A DNA stretch of 38,805 nt from a virus. Below are positions 19,264-26,946 of the stretch, one piece after another. The notes beneath the pieces are model-generated. The model did not search any database. It worked only from the letters and a program-made list of their open reading frames with translations, and was not told where the DNA came from. The position numbers and the translations under genes are program-made. The stretch's first letter is position 1, and every line of letters begins with the position of its first letter. Location of the stretch: the UHGV virus genome UHGV-0123934. One strand, written 5' to 3'.

Positions 19264-19623
19264 ATGAAAGAGATCATCATTCAAGGTACGCCGCGTCCGA
19301 TCCATTTCGGACTGCGCGCCATCGACGAGTTCGTCAAGCAGCGCGGTGCGGAGTTCGGGCAGACGGTCGCTTCGACCGACGCTCTCGGATCGCTGGACAG
19401 CATCGTTGCGCTGACCGCTACGGGTCTCAACGAGGGCGCACGGCGTGCCGACAGCGACCGTCGCTACACCGAAGACGAGGTGTGGGACATCTTCGACGAG
19501 GAGCCGTCGCTCATCCTCGCTGTCTCGGAACTCTTCGTTGAGAGCATCGCGCCGCTGACGGATAAGTTGGGCGACCTCTCAAAAAACGGGAAACGCCCGA
19601 CGACGGGGAGCCGCAAGCGGTAA
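19264..19623 (+). CDS. tail assembly chaperone (gpG-like)
   Basis: 119-aa acidic protein right after the major tail gene; slippery heptamer near its 3' end. Confidence 0.6.
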   Translation: MKEIIIQGTPRPIHFGLRAIDEFVKQRGAEFGQTVASTDALGSLDSIVALTATGLNEGARRADSDRRYTEDEVWDIFDEEPSLILAVSELFVESIAPLTDKLGDLSKNGKRPTTGSRKR

Positions 19624-19946
19624 CCTACGAGCGGTGGTTCGCCATCGCCGTCGGGCAGATGGGACTGGCACCCGAAGCCTTCGAACGCCTGACGCCCGCC
19701 GAGTTCATCTATGCGTGGCTCGGCTGGGCGAAACGCGAGGAAGACCGGCAGCGGCAGGCATGGGAGCGCGAACGGTGGGCGGTATGGGTTACGACTTGCA
19801 TCCAGCTTGACCGCAAAGACCGCCGACCGATGACCGAGATGTTCCCGCTGCCGTGGGAGGAACCGACGGCTCCCGCAAAGCAAGAACCGACCATGCAGGA
19901 ACGCATGGAACGAATCGAAGAAATGAAACGATGTATCCGAAAATAA
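19264..19946 (+). CDS. tail assembly chaperone G-T fusion via predicted -1 programmed ribosomal frameshift
   Basis: A_AAA_AAC heptamer at 19581-19587 in the gpG frame; the -1 frame is open from the slip site through ORF 19659..19946 (KKRETPDDGEPQAVTYERWFAIAVGQMGLAPEAFERL...). Confidence 0.55.
19581..19587 (+). other. -1 slippery heptanucleotide A_AAA_AAC
   Basis: Codons tca aaa aac in the gpG frame; manual frame tracing shows no stop in the -1 frame downstream. Confidence 0.55.
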
Positions 19947-20440
19947 CCTTGATTATCCTGACGATCGCAGCCAGCGGCTGCTCTCCGCTCCGAAGCACGC
20001 GATCCGAGCGGCACGAAACGCTTGCCATCTCCGACTCGACTGTTACGGAACTGGTCCGGCAGGAGTTCGGGCGGCAGATCGGAACGCTCCGCCGAACCGT
20101 CGTGGAGTTTTATCCGCCGACGGAATATCCGGAACCGAGCGACGATCGATTCCCGAATCCGATCGATACGCTCCGTGCCGTTCTTTCGCCTCCGAAAATT
20201 CCGGCGGCGAGCGCTTCCCGACAGCCGGTCAAACGCATCTCCTATACCGAGGTATCGATGCAGAATGACCGAACTATCCTTATCGACAGCATTTCGCATA
20301 GCCGCATCAACACGGCAGCCCGCAACGACGTGCAGGAGCAGACCGACGAGCAACCATCCTCCGGTGTCGCGTGGCTCAAATGGGCGACGGCGCTCGTCGC
20401 ACTGACGCTTCTGCTGCTCTTATTCCTCAAACTCCGATAA
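19931..20440 (+). CDS. putative lipoprotein with C-terminal membrane anchor
   Basis: ATG 19931 inside ORF 19853..20440; signal peptide with lipobox LTIAASGC; C-terminal hydrophobic helix WATALVALTLLLLLFL. Confidence 0.5.
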   Translation: MYPKITLIILTIAASGCSPLRSTRSERHETLAISDSTVTELVRQEFGRQIGTLRRTVVEFYPPTEYPEPSDDRFPNPIDTLRAVLSPPKIPAASASRQPVKRISYTEVSMQNDRTILIDSISHSRINTAARNDVQEQTDEQPSSGVAWLKWATALVALTLLLLLFLKLR

Positions 20441-20450
20441 CCGAACCCAT

Positions 20451-21233
20451 ATGGCAAGATTGAAAACTCCGATTTCATACTATGGCGGCAAGCAGATGCT
20501 TTTGAAGCATATCCTGCCGCTGATTCCCGAACATACGCTCTACACGGAAGCCTTCTGCGGCGGCTGCGCCGTGCTGTTCGCCAAGCCGCCCGCGCAGTGC
20601 GAAGTCATCAACGACACGAACACCGAATTGGTGAACTTCTACCGCGTGGCGCAGACCCAGTATGCGGCACTCAAGGCGATGATCGACGCGACGCTCCACA
20701 GCCGCGAGATACACGCGCACGCACGGCATATCAACGAGCATCCGTCGTTCTTCACGCCCGTCGAGCGGGCTTGGGCTGTATGGGTCTGCACGAAGTTGGG
20801 CTTCGCCTCGATGATCGACGGAACGTTCGGCTACGACCGCAGCGGTACGACGACGCTGAAACTCCGCAATGCGAAAGAGGCCTTCACCGAGGAGTTGTGC
20901 GGACGCCTCGGCCGCGTTACGGTCGAGTGCGAGGACGGCATCGATGTCATCCGCCGCTACGACTGTCCCGAGGCGTTCCACTTCGTCGATCCGCCCTATG
21001 TCGGCAGCGACTGCGGACACTACAACGGTACGTTCGACGAGGAGGATTTTTCGAGGCTGCTCGACACGCTCGCAACGGTCGAAGGGAAGTTCATGCTCAC
21101 GATGTTTCCGCACGAGAAGATCGAACGCCTCGCCGCCCGGCACGGCTGGACGATCCATCGGCTCGACCGCACCATCACCGCCTCGAAAGTTTCCCGCCGC
21201 CGGCAGGAGGAGTGGATTACGACGAACTACTGA
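20451..21233 (+). CDS. dam: DNA adenine methyltransferase (Dam-like, alpha class)
   Basis: N-terminal ISYYGGKQMLLKHILPLIP...EAFCGGCAVLF and motif IV FVDPPY. Confidence 0.85.
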   Translation: MARLKTPISYYGGKQMLLKHILPLIPEHTLYTEAFCGGCAVLFAKPPAQCEVINDTNTELVNFYRVAQTQYAALKAMIDATLHSREIHAHARHINEHPSFFTPVERAWAVWVCTKLGFASMIDGTFGYDRSGTTTLKLRNAKEAFTEELCGRLGRVTVECEDGIDVIRRYDCPEAFHFVDPPYVGSDCGHYNGTFDEEDFSRLLDTLATVEGKFMLTMFPHEKIERLAARHGWTIHRLDRTITASKVSRRRQEEWITTNY

Positions 21234-21240
21234 TACCGAC

Positions 21241-22017
21241 GTGGGTACATTCGCTTACGATAACCCCGCTTACATCGCTTCGTGCTCGTTCGGCAAGGAT
21301 TCGATCGCTACGATCCTCCTTGCCCTCGAATATGGCGAGCCGCTCGATGCCGCTGTCTTTTCGGAGGTGATGTTCGACCATCGGCGCAATATCAGCGGCG
21401 AGATGCCCGAACACATCGAGTGGATCTATTCGACGGCGATTCCGCGTCTTGCCGCCTTGGGCGTACGGGTCGATGTCGTCCGTTCGGAGAAAGACTATCT
21501 TACGTTATTCCATACGGTCATAGGGAGCAGTACGCATAAGGGTATGCTGCGCGGCTGGCTCATCGGCGGCAAGTGCTGCGCCAATCGCGACCTCAAAATC
21601 CGGCCTATACATCGCTATTATGCCCGTTATCGAGAGCAAGGCATCGTGCAGTACGTCGGCATCGCGGCCGACGAACCGAGACGCCTCGCGCGGATGCAGG
21701 ACAAAGGGTATAACCGTAAAACGAGTCTGCTCGCCAAGTACGGGTACACCGAGGCGGACGCCCGACGCAAGTGCGAAGAATACGGTCTGCTGTCGCCTCT
21801 CTACCGCACCTCGCATCGGGGCGGTTGCTGGTTCTGCCCCAACTGTCGCATTCCGGTCTTCGCCGAACTGCGCCGCCGCCATCCTGAATTGTGGCGTGAA
21901 CTGCAACTGCTTTCGAAGGTCGGAAATAAGTCCTCCGAAGGTTTCAAATACGGGCTGACTTTCGAGGAGGTCGAGCGGCGGATGGATCTCTTCGAACACT
22001 CACCGACGCCATTCTAA
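21241..22017 (+). CDS. PP-loop ATPase, PAPS reductase/QueC-like family protein
   Basis: PP-loop SFGKDS near the N-terminus, C-terminal Cys cluster GGCWFCPNC; start uncertain (GTG 21241 is the first start after the dam stop). Confidence 0.65.
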   Translation: MGTFAYDNPAYIASCSFGKDSIATILLALEYGEPLDAAVFSEVMFDHRRNISGEMPEHIEWIYSTAIPRLAALGVRVDVVRSEKDYLTLFHTVIGSSTHKGMLRGWLIGGKCCANRDLKIRPIHRYYARYREQGIVQYVGIAADEPRRLARMQDKGYNRKTSLLAKYGYTEADARRKCEEYGLLSPLYRTSHRGGCWFCPNCRIPVFAELRRRHPELWRELQLLSKVGNKSSEGFKYGLTFEEVERRMDLFEHSPTPF

Positions 22018-22020
22018 ACA

Positions 22021-22105
22021 ACTGAAAATAAATACGATAATAGTCGCCGAATAACTTGCGTGTTCCGAATAACGATGTTATGTTTGTCATGCAATAAACA
22101 ACTAA
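22021..22105 (+). promoter_or_regulatory. Promoter/leader repeat copy 1 (-33 TTG 22056-22058, -7 TAtgTTTG 22079-22086)
   Basis: Conserved about 85-bp element also at 22497, 23311, 23957 and 24588; motif spacing 20 nt fits the Bacteroidota sigma promoter pattern. Confidence 0.6.
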
Positions 22106-22118
22106 AATAGAGCGAATT

Positions 22119-22422
22119 ATGAAAAAGACAGTCATCGTGAAAGGCGAGCGTCGCAAGGTAGAATTCGAGTATCGAGTAATCGATAAATTGGTTAGTTGCC
22201 AAAAAGCAAACGATGGGATAAGCAGGGGGATGGCTTCCGGTCGAAACCTATTACCACGAAGCCGTTGCCATTATCGACGGTGTAGAATATCCGAGCGTTC
22301 GACGCTGGCATACCAATGGCGGCAGGTATTCGGAACAGTTCTTTTACAACGGACATTTCTATGATTCGTATAAGAAAATGATCGAGCGCATTCTCGAATC
22401 GGCAGACGAAAGTAACTCTTGA
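22119..22422 (+). pseudogene. small gene apparently frameshifted at a G5 run (or a sequencing indel)
   Basis: Frame 0 ORF 22119..22364 loses protein-like character after the G5 run at 22225-22229; the +1 frame continues as a convincing sequence (WLPVETYYHEAVAIIDGVEYPSVRRWHTNGGRYSEQFFYNGHFYDSYKKMIERILESADESNS) to a stop at 22420-22422. Confidence 0.45.
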
Positions 22423-22444
22423 ACCTCGATGGAAGCAGATGGAA

Positions 22445-22475
22445 AAACAGGCTCCGTACGGAGCCTGTTTCGATC
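22445..22475 (+). terminator. putative intrinsic terminator
   Basis: Perfect 10-bp stem aacaggctcc/ggagcctgtt with gtac loop, followed by tttcg. Confidence 0.5.
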
Positions 22476-22496
22476 TTTCGCTGTAAGCGTAAATAA

Positions 22497-22580
22497 CTGA
22501 AAATAAATATGATAATAGTTACCGGATAACTTGTGTGTTCCGAATAACGATGTTATGTTTGCAGTACGATAAACAACTGA
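22497..22580 (+). promoter_or_regulatory. Promoter/leader repeat copy 2 (-7 TAtgTTTG 22554-22561)
   Basis: Near-identical to copy 1. Confidence 0.6.
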
Positions 22581-22606
22581 ATAATAGACGATTAAAACAC
22601 CCGAAC

Positions 22607-23029
22607 ATGACAAGTGCACAGGCAAAACAGATCGCATCGAACTATATGCGGCAGCAGAGCGATTATGTATTTTCGGCGGTAACGGTTAAAAGCCTCGCTC
22701 CGGCGAACGGACCAGTCAAGGTGTGGCTCACCACCGAAGACGACTACGGGGACGAACTGATCGTCGAGGTCGAGATGGACCCGCAGTCGAATGAGATCCG
22801 CTGGAAGAAGATCTGCAACACGGGACGCCTATCCGAATATCTGAAGCCGGCTACTCGGATCGATAAACTTTCGGCGGGGCAGCGCTTCCGGCTGCAAGGC
22901 GACTGCGTGGTTTACGAGTTCGTGGACAATGTAAAGGACCGCAGCAATATTCCCTATATCATCCGACGGGCAGACCGATCCGGTTGCGTATCGAGAGTCG
23001 GATGGCAGGAAGTTTTTCCTATCGAGTAA
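22607..23029 (+). CDS. hypothetical small protein
   Basis: ATG 22607 downstream of promoter copy 2 (ORF track start 22535 lies inside the promoter repeat). Confidence 0.5.
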   Translation: MTSAQAKQIASNYMRQQSDYVFSAVTVKSLAPANGPVKVWLTTEDDYGDELIVEVEMDPQSNEIRWKKICNTGRLSEYLKPATRIDKLSAGQRFRLQGDCVVYEFVDNVKDRSNIPYIIRRADRSGCVSRVGWQEVFPIE

Positions 23030-23081
23030 CCGATAACCGCGCACCTTGCCGAAAGGCAGGTGCGCATAAAACGATACGACG

Positions 23082-23312
23082 ATGAAACTCCGCCGAACGA
23101 AAACCGGAACTTACACGATTGCTGGTATTACCGCAACTCAATATCGCACCCTTGCGGCAGTGCTTATGACCGCCGATGAGCGTTGCTTCGACGAACAGGA
23201 CGAGGACGGCAACTATTACAGCAACGACGATTTCGTCTGCTCGCTCGATGGCGATGAACGGGTGGCTTTGCGACAGGTGTGCGACGCACTTCGGCAACGT
23301 GTAAAATATTGA
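23082..23312 (+). CDS. hypothetical small acidic protein
   Basis: 76-aa ORF; preceded by hairpin with GAAA loop (23037-23065). Confidence 0.4.
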   Translation: MKLRRTKTGTYTIAGITATQYRTLAAVLMTADERCFDEQDEDGNYYSNDDFVCSLDGDERVALRQVCDALRQRVKY

Positions 23313-23390
23313 AAATAAATGCGATAATAATTAATGGAAAACTTGCGTGTCCCGAATTATGATGCCATCTTTGCAGTGCAATAAACAACT
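23311..23390 (+). promoter_or_regulatory. Promoter/leader repeat copy 3 (degenerate -7)
   Basis: Shares aacttgcgtgt and gcagtgcaataaacaact cores with the other copies. Confidence 0.5.
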
Positions 23391-23405
23391 AATATAGAGC
23401 GCATT

Positions 23406-23738
23406 ATGAGTACAAGAGCAAGAATCGGCGTAAGACTTCCCGACGGAAAAATCAAAAGCATTCATATATGGCGGGACGGACATCCCGATACGTTGGGCGA
23501 AACATTGTCAGCGCACTACAACACATTGGAAACGGCAATGGCACTGGTCGAACGAGGCAACATAATCGATGTGGAAGCACGTCTCGAAGAGTGCCGGTTC
23601 GAGAAATCGAATGAACGGTACGATACCGAGCCTCGGATTTATGAATCGGTTGCCGCCTATGAACGAGAAATCGAGGAGGATATATGTTACAAATATCTCT
23701 ATCGGGACGGCAAGTGGGAATACCGGGCGGTCGATTAG
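23406..23738 (+). CDS. hypothetical small protein
   Basis: 110-aa ORF with ATG start downstream of promoter copy 3. Confidence 0.5.
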   Translation: MSTRARIGVRLPDGKIKSIHIWRDGHPDTLGETLSAHYNTLETAMALVERGNIIDVEARLEECRFEKSNERYDTEPRIYESVAAYEREIEEDICYKYLYRDGKWEYRAVD

Positions 23739-23772
23739 TAACCGACTTCCGATCGTAAGGAGCGAATGCTCC

Positions 23773-23802
23773 GAGCCTCCGACGGGAGGCTTTCTCTCGT
23801 TT
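23773..23802 (+). terminator. putative intrinsic terminator
   Basis: Stem agcctcc/ggaggct, loop gacg, then T-rich ttctctcgttt. Confidence 0.5.
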
Positions 23803-23821
23803 CATTCAGTTGTTTATTGCG

Positions 23822-23856
23822 ACCGGAGCCGTGCATCGTGTACGACTCCGGTTTTC
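23822..23856 (+). terminator. putative intrinsic terminator preceded by inverted leader motif cagttgtttattgc (23807-23820)
   Basis: Stem accggag/ctccggt followed by tttt; paralogous to the element at 25080-25133. Confidence 0.5.
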
Positions 23857-23956
23857 GTTCAAAGGCGGGACATTGTTTCTGCAACGGATCTTCGGCAGCA
23901 TGTATATTTACCATATGGGACATGCTTGATAAATAGTTGATATTCTTTGAATTAAG

Positions 23957-24014
23957 TTGCCGATAAACTTGCGCGTTCCGAATAATGATGTTATGTTTGC
24001 AGTGCAATAAACAA
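23957..24014 (+). promoter_or_regulatory. Promoter/leader repeat copy 4 (-7 TAtgTTTG 23992-23999)
   Basis: Core gccgataaacttgcgcgttccgaataatgatgttatgtttgcagtgcaataaacaa. Confidence 0.6.
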
Positions 24015-24044
24015 TTGAACTACAATCTATTAAACGACTCGATT

Positions 24045-24263
24045 ATGAATACTGCGAATCGAAAAAGAACGGAAATCGACGCCGAACTCGACCGGTTGGA
24101 GGTCGAATTCGAGAAGAACCGCAAGGAGATGCAACGCCTTGCCGACGAAAACAGACGTGCCGGCAACCGCTACGGCGAATTATCGAATGCGAATCACGAC
24201 ATCAACAACCGGATCCTCACATTGCTCGCTGAGCGTTGGGAATCGGAAGAGACGGCTGATTGA
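24045..24263 (+). CDS. hypothetical small coiled-coil protein
   Basis: ATG 24045 downstream of promoter copy 4. Confidence 0.45.
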   Translation: MNTANRKRTEIDAELDRLEVEFEKNRKEMQRLADENRRAGNRYGELSNANHDINNRILTLLAERWESEETAD

Positions 24264-24338
24264 CGAAACGAGAGACGACCCCGCCGAGAAATCTTCCTCG
24301 GCGGGGTTAAGACCCGAAACCGGAAAACACATAAAGAG

Positions 24339-24536
24339 ATGAAAACGATGAATGCAAATGCAACGGTAGGCGACAAGATTCGCATTATCCATCTTCGCGA
24401 CGAGGACAGCCGTTACGACGGCAAGGTGGGAACGATCGAGTTCATCGACTCGCTCGGGCAATTGCACGGTACATGGGGCGGGTTGGCAGTCATTCCCGAA
24501 GTCGATCGGTTCGTAATTATCGAGAAAGCGGAATAA
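24339..24536 (+). CDS. hypothetical small protein
   Basis: 65-aa ORF; preceded by 10-bp perfect stem hairpin 24279-24306 (no U tract). Confidence 0.4.
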   Translation: MKTMNANATVGDKIRIIHLRDEDSRYDGKVGTIEFIDSLGQLHGTWGGLAVIPEVDRFVIIEKAE

Positions 24537-24587
24537 TCGCCTGCAACGATAATGCTCGGTTCCGTCATCTTTTCTGAACGTCTAATT

Positions 24588-24672
24588 TACTGAAAATAAA
24601 TACGATAATAGCCGCCGAACAACTTGCATGTTCCGAATAACGATGTTATGTTTGCAGTACGATAAACAACTA
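24588..24672 (+). promoter_or_regulatory. Promoter/leader repeat copy 5 (-7 TAtgTTTG 24647-24654)
   Basis: Near-identical to copies 1 and 2. Confidence 0.6.
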
Positions 24673-24687
24673 AAAAAAGAGCGAATT

Positions 24688-24975
24688 ATGAGAACGAACA
24701 TCGACCGGTTTTTAGAGAGATTCCCGAAGAATGCCACGGATTGGGCGCAGGCGACGGACGAGGTGCACGATATGGCTCGCAAGGCTCGCGAATTGTTGGA
24801 AGAGTACGAAGGCGTAATCGTCGAACCGGTAAATTTCCAGGCTATCGAGACCCCGGCCGAGTGGAATACCGAAGGTCGCGAGTTCATCCTGACGAATTTC
24901 GATCGCATGGCGGATAGAACCAAAGAGCGCTTCTACGACTACTTCCGCGAGTGGTTCGAAGGCGAAGAGGAATAG
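24688..24975 (+). CDS. hypothetical small acidic protein
   Basis: ATG 24688 downstream of promoter copy 5. Confidence 0.5.
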   Translation: MRTNIDRFLERFPKNATDWAQATDEVHDMARKARELLEEYEGVIVEPVNFQAIETPAEWNTEGREFILTNFDRMADRTKERFYDYFREWFEGEEE

Positions 24976-25094
24976 ACCGACGCACGGATGCTCCTCGTTC
25001 AAGCTGCGGGGAGCATCCGTCCTAACCCCGGAGCAGGGTTGCACACGTCTCTTTCGATAGGAAATCTATCGTGCTCCATCAGTTGTTTATTGCA

Positions 25095-25133
25095 GCCGGA
25101 GCCGCATTATGTGCGGCTCCGGTATTTTATTTT
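25095..25133 (+). terminator. intrinsic terminator preceded by inverted leader motif cagttgtttattgca (25080-25094)
   Basis: Perfect 11-bp stem ccggagccgca/tgcggctccgg, 5-nt loop, then attttatttt. Confidence 0.7.
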
Positions 25134-25175
25134 GTATGTAAATAATGATTAAATTTGTAACGAAAACAGAATACG

Positions 25176-26216
25176 ATGAAAGCCTATACCTATATCGAAC
25201 ACGGGCGGTTCGAGCTGCTCGACAAGCCGGAACCCGCCTTGCAGGACCCTCGCGACGCCATCGTGCGCGTGACGCTCGCGAGCATTTGTACCAGCGACCT
25301 GCATATCAAGCACGGCAGCGTACCCCGCGCCATTGAGGGCATCACCGTCGGCCACGAGATGGTCGGCATCGTCGAGGAGGTCGGGTCGGAGGTGCGCAGC
25401 GTAAAGGTCGGCGACCGCGTGACGGTCAACGTCGAGACCTTCTGCGGCGAATGCTTCTTCTGCAAGCGCGGCTACGTGAACAACTGCACCGATCCCGACG
25501 GAGGCTGGGCACTTGGCTGCCGCATCGACGGCGGGCAGGCGGAGTATGTCCGCGTGCCGCATGCCGATCAAGGGTTGAACCGCATTCCCGATACGGTGAG
25601 CGACGAGCAGGCATTGTTCGTGGGCGATATTCTGGCTACAGGTTATTGGGCGGCGAAGATTTCGGAGATTGCGCCCGACGACACGGTCCTGATTATCGGT
25701 GCCGGACCGACGGGTATCTGCACGCTGCTTTGCGCAAGATTGAAGCGCCCGAAGCGAATCATCGTCTGCGAAAAATCGCCCGAACGGCGGCGATTCGTGC
25801 GGGAACACTATCCCGAGGTGCTGACGGTCGCACCGGAGGAGTGTCGCGAGGCGGTTTATGCGAACAGCGACCGTGGTGGCGCCGACGTCGTGCTGGAGGT
25901 GGCCGGTGCGGAGGATACGTTTCGCCTGGCGTGGGAGTGCGCCCGCTCCAATGCGACGGTTGTTATTGTTGCGCTCTACGACCGGCCGCAGATGTTGCCG
26001 CTGCCCGACATGTACGGCAAGAACCTCACCTTCAAGACGGGCGGCGTAGATGGCTGCGACTGCGCCGAGATACTCCGGCTGATCGAGGCGGGCGAGATTG
26101 ACACCACGCCGCTCATCACGCACTGTTATCCGCTCGGCCGCATCGCCGAGGCATACGACCTCTTCGAAAACCGCCGCGACGGAGCGATCAAGGTGGCTAT
26201 CGATTGTACCGAATAG
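25176..26216 (+). CDS. zinc-dependent alcohol dehydrogenase family protein (MDR superfamily)
   Basis: Catalytic-zinc signature GHEMVGIVEEVG, structural-zinc Cys cluster CGECFFCKRGYVNNC, Rossmann motif LIIGAGPTG. Confidence 0.85.
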   Translation: MKAYTYIEHGRFELLDKPEPALQDPRDAIVRVTLASICTSDLHIKHGSVPRAIEGITVGHEMVGIVEEVGSEVRSVKVGDRVTVNVETFCGECFFCKRGYVNNCTDPDGGWALGCRIDGGQAEYVRVPHADQGLNRIPDTVSDEQALFVGDILATGYWAAKISEIAPDDTVLIIGAGPTGICTLLCARLKRPKRIIVCEKSPERRRFVREHYPEVLTVAPEECREAVYANSDRGGADVVLEVAGAEDTFRLAWECARSNATVVIVALYDRPQMLPLPDMYGKNLTFKTGGVDGCDCAEILRLIEAGEIDTTPLITHCYPLGRIAEAYDLFENRRDGAIKVAIDCTE

Positions 26217-26241
26217 AGGTATGTATCCGCGCGATAATATT

Positions 26242-26943
26242 TCACGTCAGCGTCCACCCCTTGTCTGTTGCGATCGCTTTTTGGATAGCATTCAGTTTCG
26301 CGAGGTTCTTCGCTCCGATATTGCAGGTCTTGCCATTGCCGGTATCGGATAGCGCGTTCAACAGGAATACCAAACTCTCTACCATGAGTTTCGGACAGCC
26401 GTTCACGGCGATGTCTACATTGACGGGGCCGTCGATGATTACCGTTTCGAGTGCGGAGCAGGAGACGAACGTCGTGTCGATCTTCGATGTTACCTTGCTG
26501 AAGTCAAGTCTTCCGCCGATTTTACGCAGGCTCTTGCAGCCGTGGAACATCTCCGAAGCGGAAGTAATGCGCGAGGTGTCCAGTCCGCCGATCTCCTGCA
26601 AGTTCGTACAACCGTAGAAAGCATACATCATATTCGCGACGTTCGAGGTGTCGAGCGTCGGCACACGCTCCAGCGCCGTACAGCCGTAGCACATCTGATA
26701 CATCGAATCGAACGACGCTGTGTCGAGTGCCGGAAATACCGACATCGTCGTATTGCCCCGAAAGAGCTGGTAGCCGTTGCGGATCTGATTCATTCCGCTG
26801 GTGCTGTCCACCAATGCGACTTTATCGACGAGCGATACCAACGTCTCTTCGTCGGTTATCGCCACGCCTTTGTCGCGTAGCGCCCCGGCAAGGTGCTGCC
26901 GCAGCGCATCGAGCCGCAAAACGAGTGAAGTAAAGTCTGCCAT
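26242..26943 (-). CDS. BspA-type leucine-rich repeat protein (putative tail-associated adhesin/receptor-binding component)
   Basis: Tandem repeats of the F.GC..L..I...DTS....M..F.GC type (MCYGCTALERVPTLDTSNVANMMYAFYGCTNLQEIGGLDTSRITSASEMFHGCKSLRKIG). Confidence 0.65.
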   Translation of the reverse strand: MADFTSLVLRLDALRQHLAGALRDKGVAITDEETLVSLVDKVALVDSTSGMNQIRNGYQLFRGNTTMSVFPALDTASFDSMYQMCYGCTALERVPTLDTSNVANMMYAFYGCTNLQEIGGLDTSRITSASEMFHGCKSLRKIGGRLDFSKVTSKIDTTFVSCSALETVIIDGPVNVDIAVNGCPKLMVESLVFLLNALSDTGNGKTCNIGAKNLAKLNAIQKAIATDKGWTLT

Positions 26944-26946
26944 ACG

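Noticed and set aside
22017-24700. Possible CRISPR array suggested by regularly recurring ~85-bp repeats
   Set aside because: Repeats are 400-800 bp apart, each followed by a protein-coding ORF, and contain promoter motifs; not short direct repeats with spacers
25149-26123. 324-aa minus-strand ORF antisense to the alcohol dehydrogenase
   Set aside because: Off-frame artefact; the plus-strand ADH has Zn-binding and Rossmann motifs
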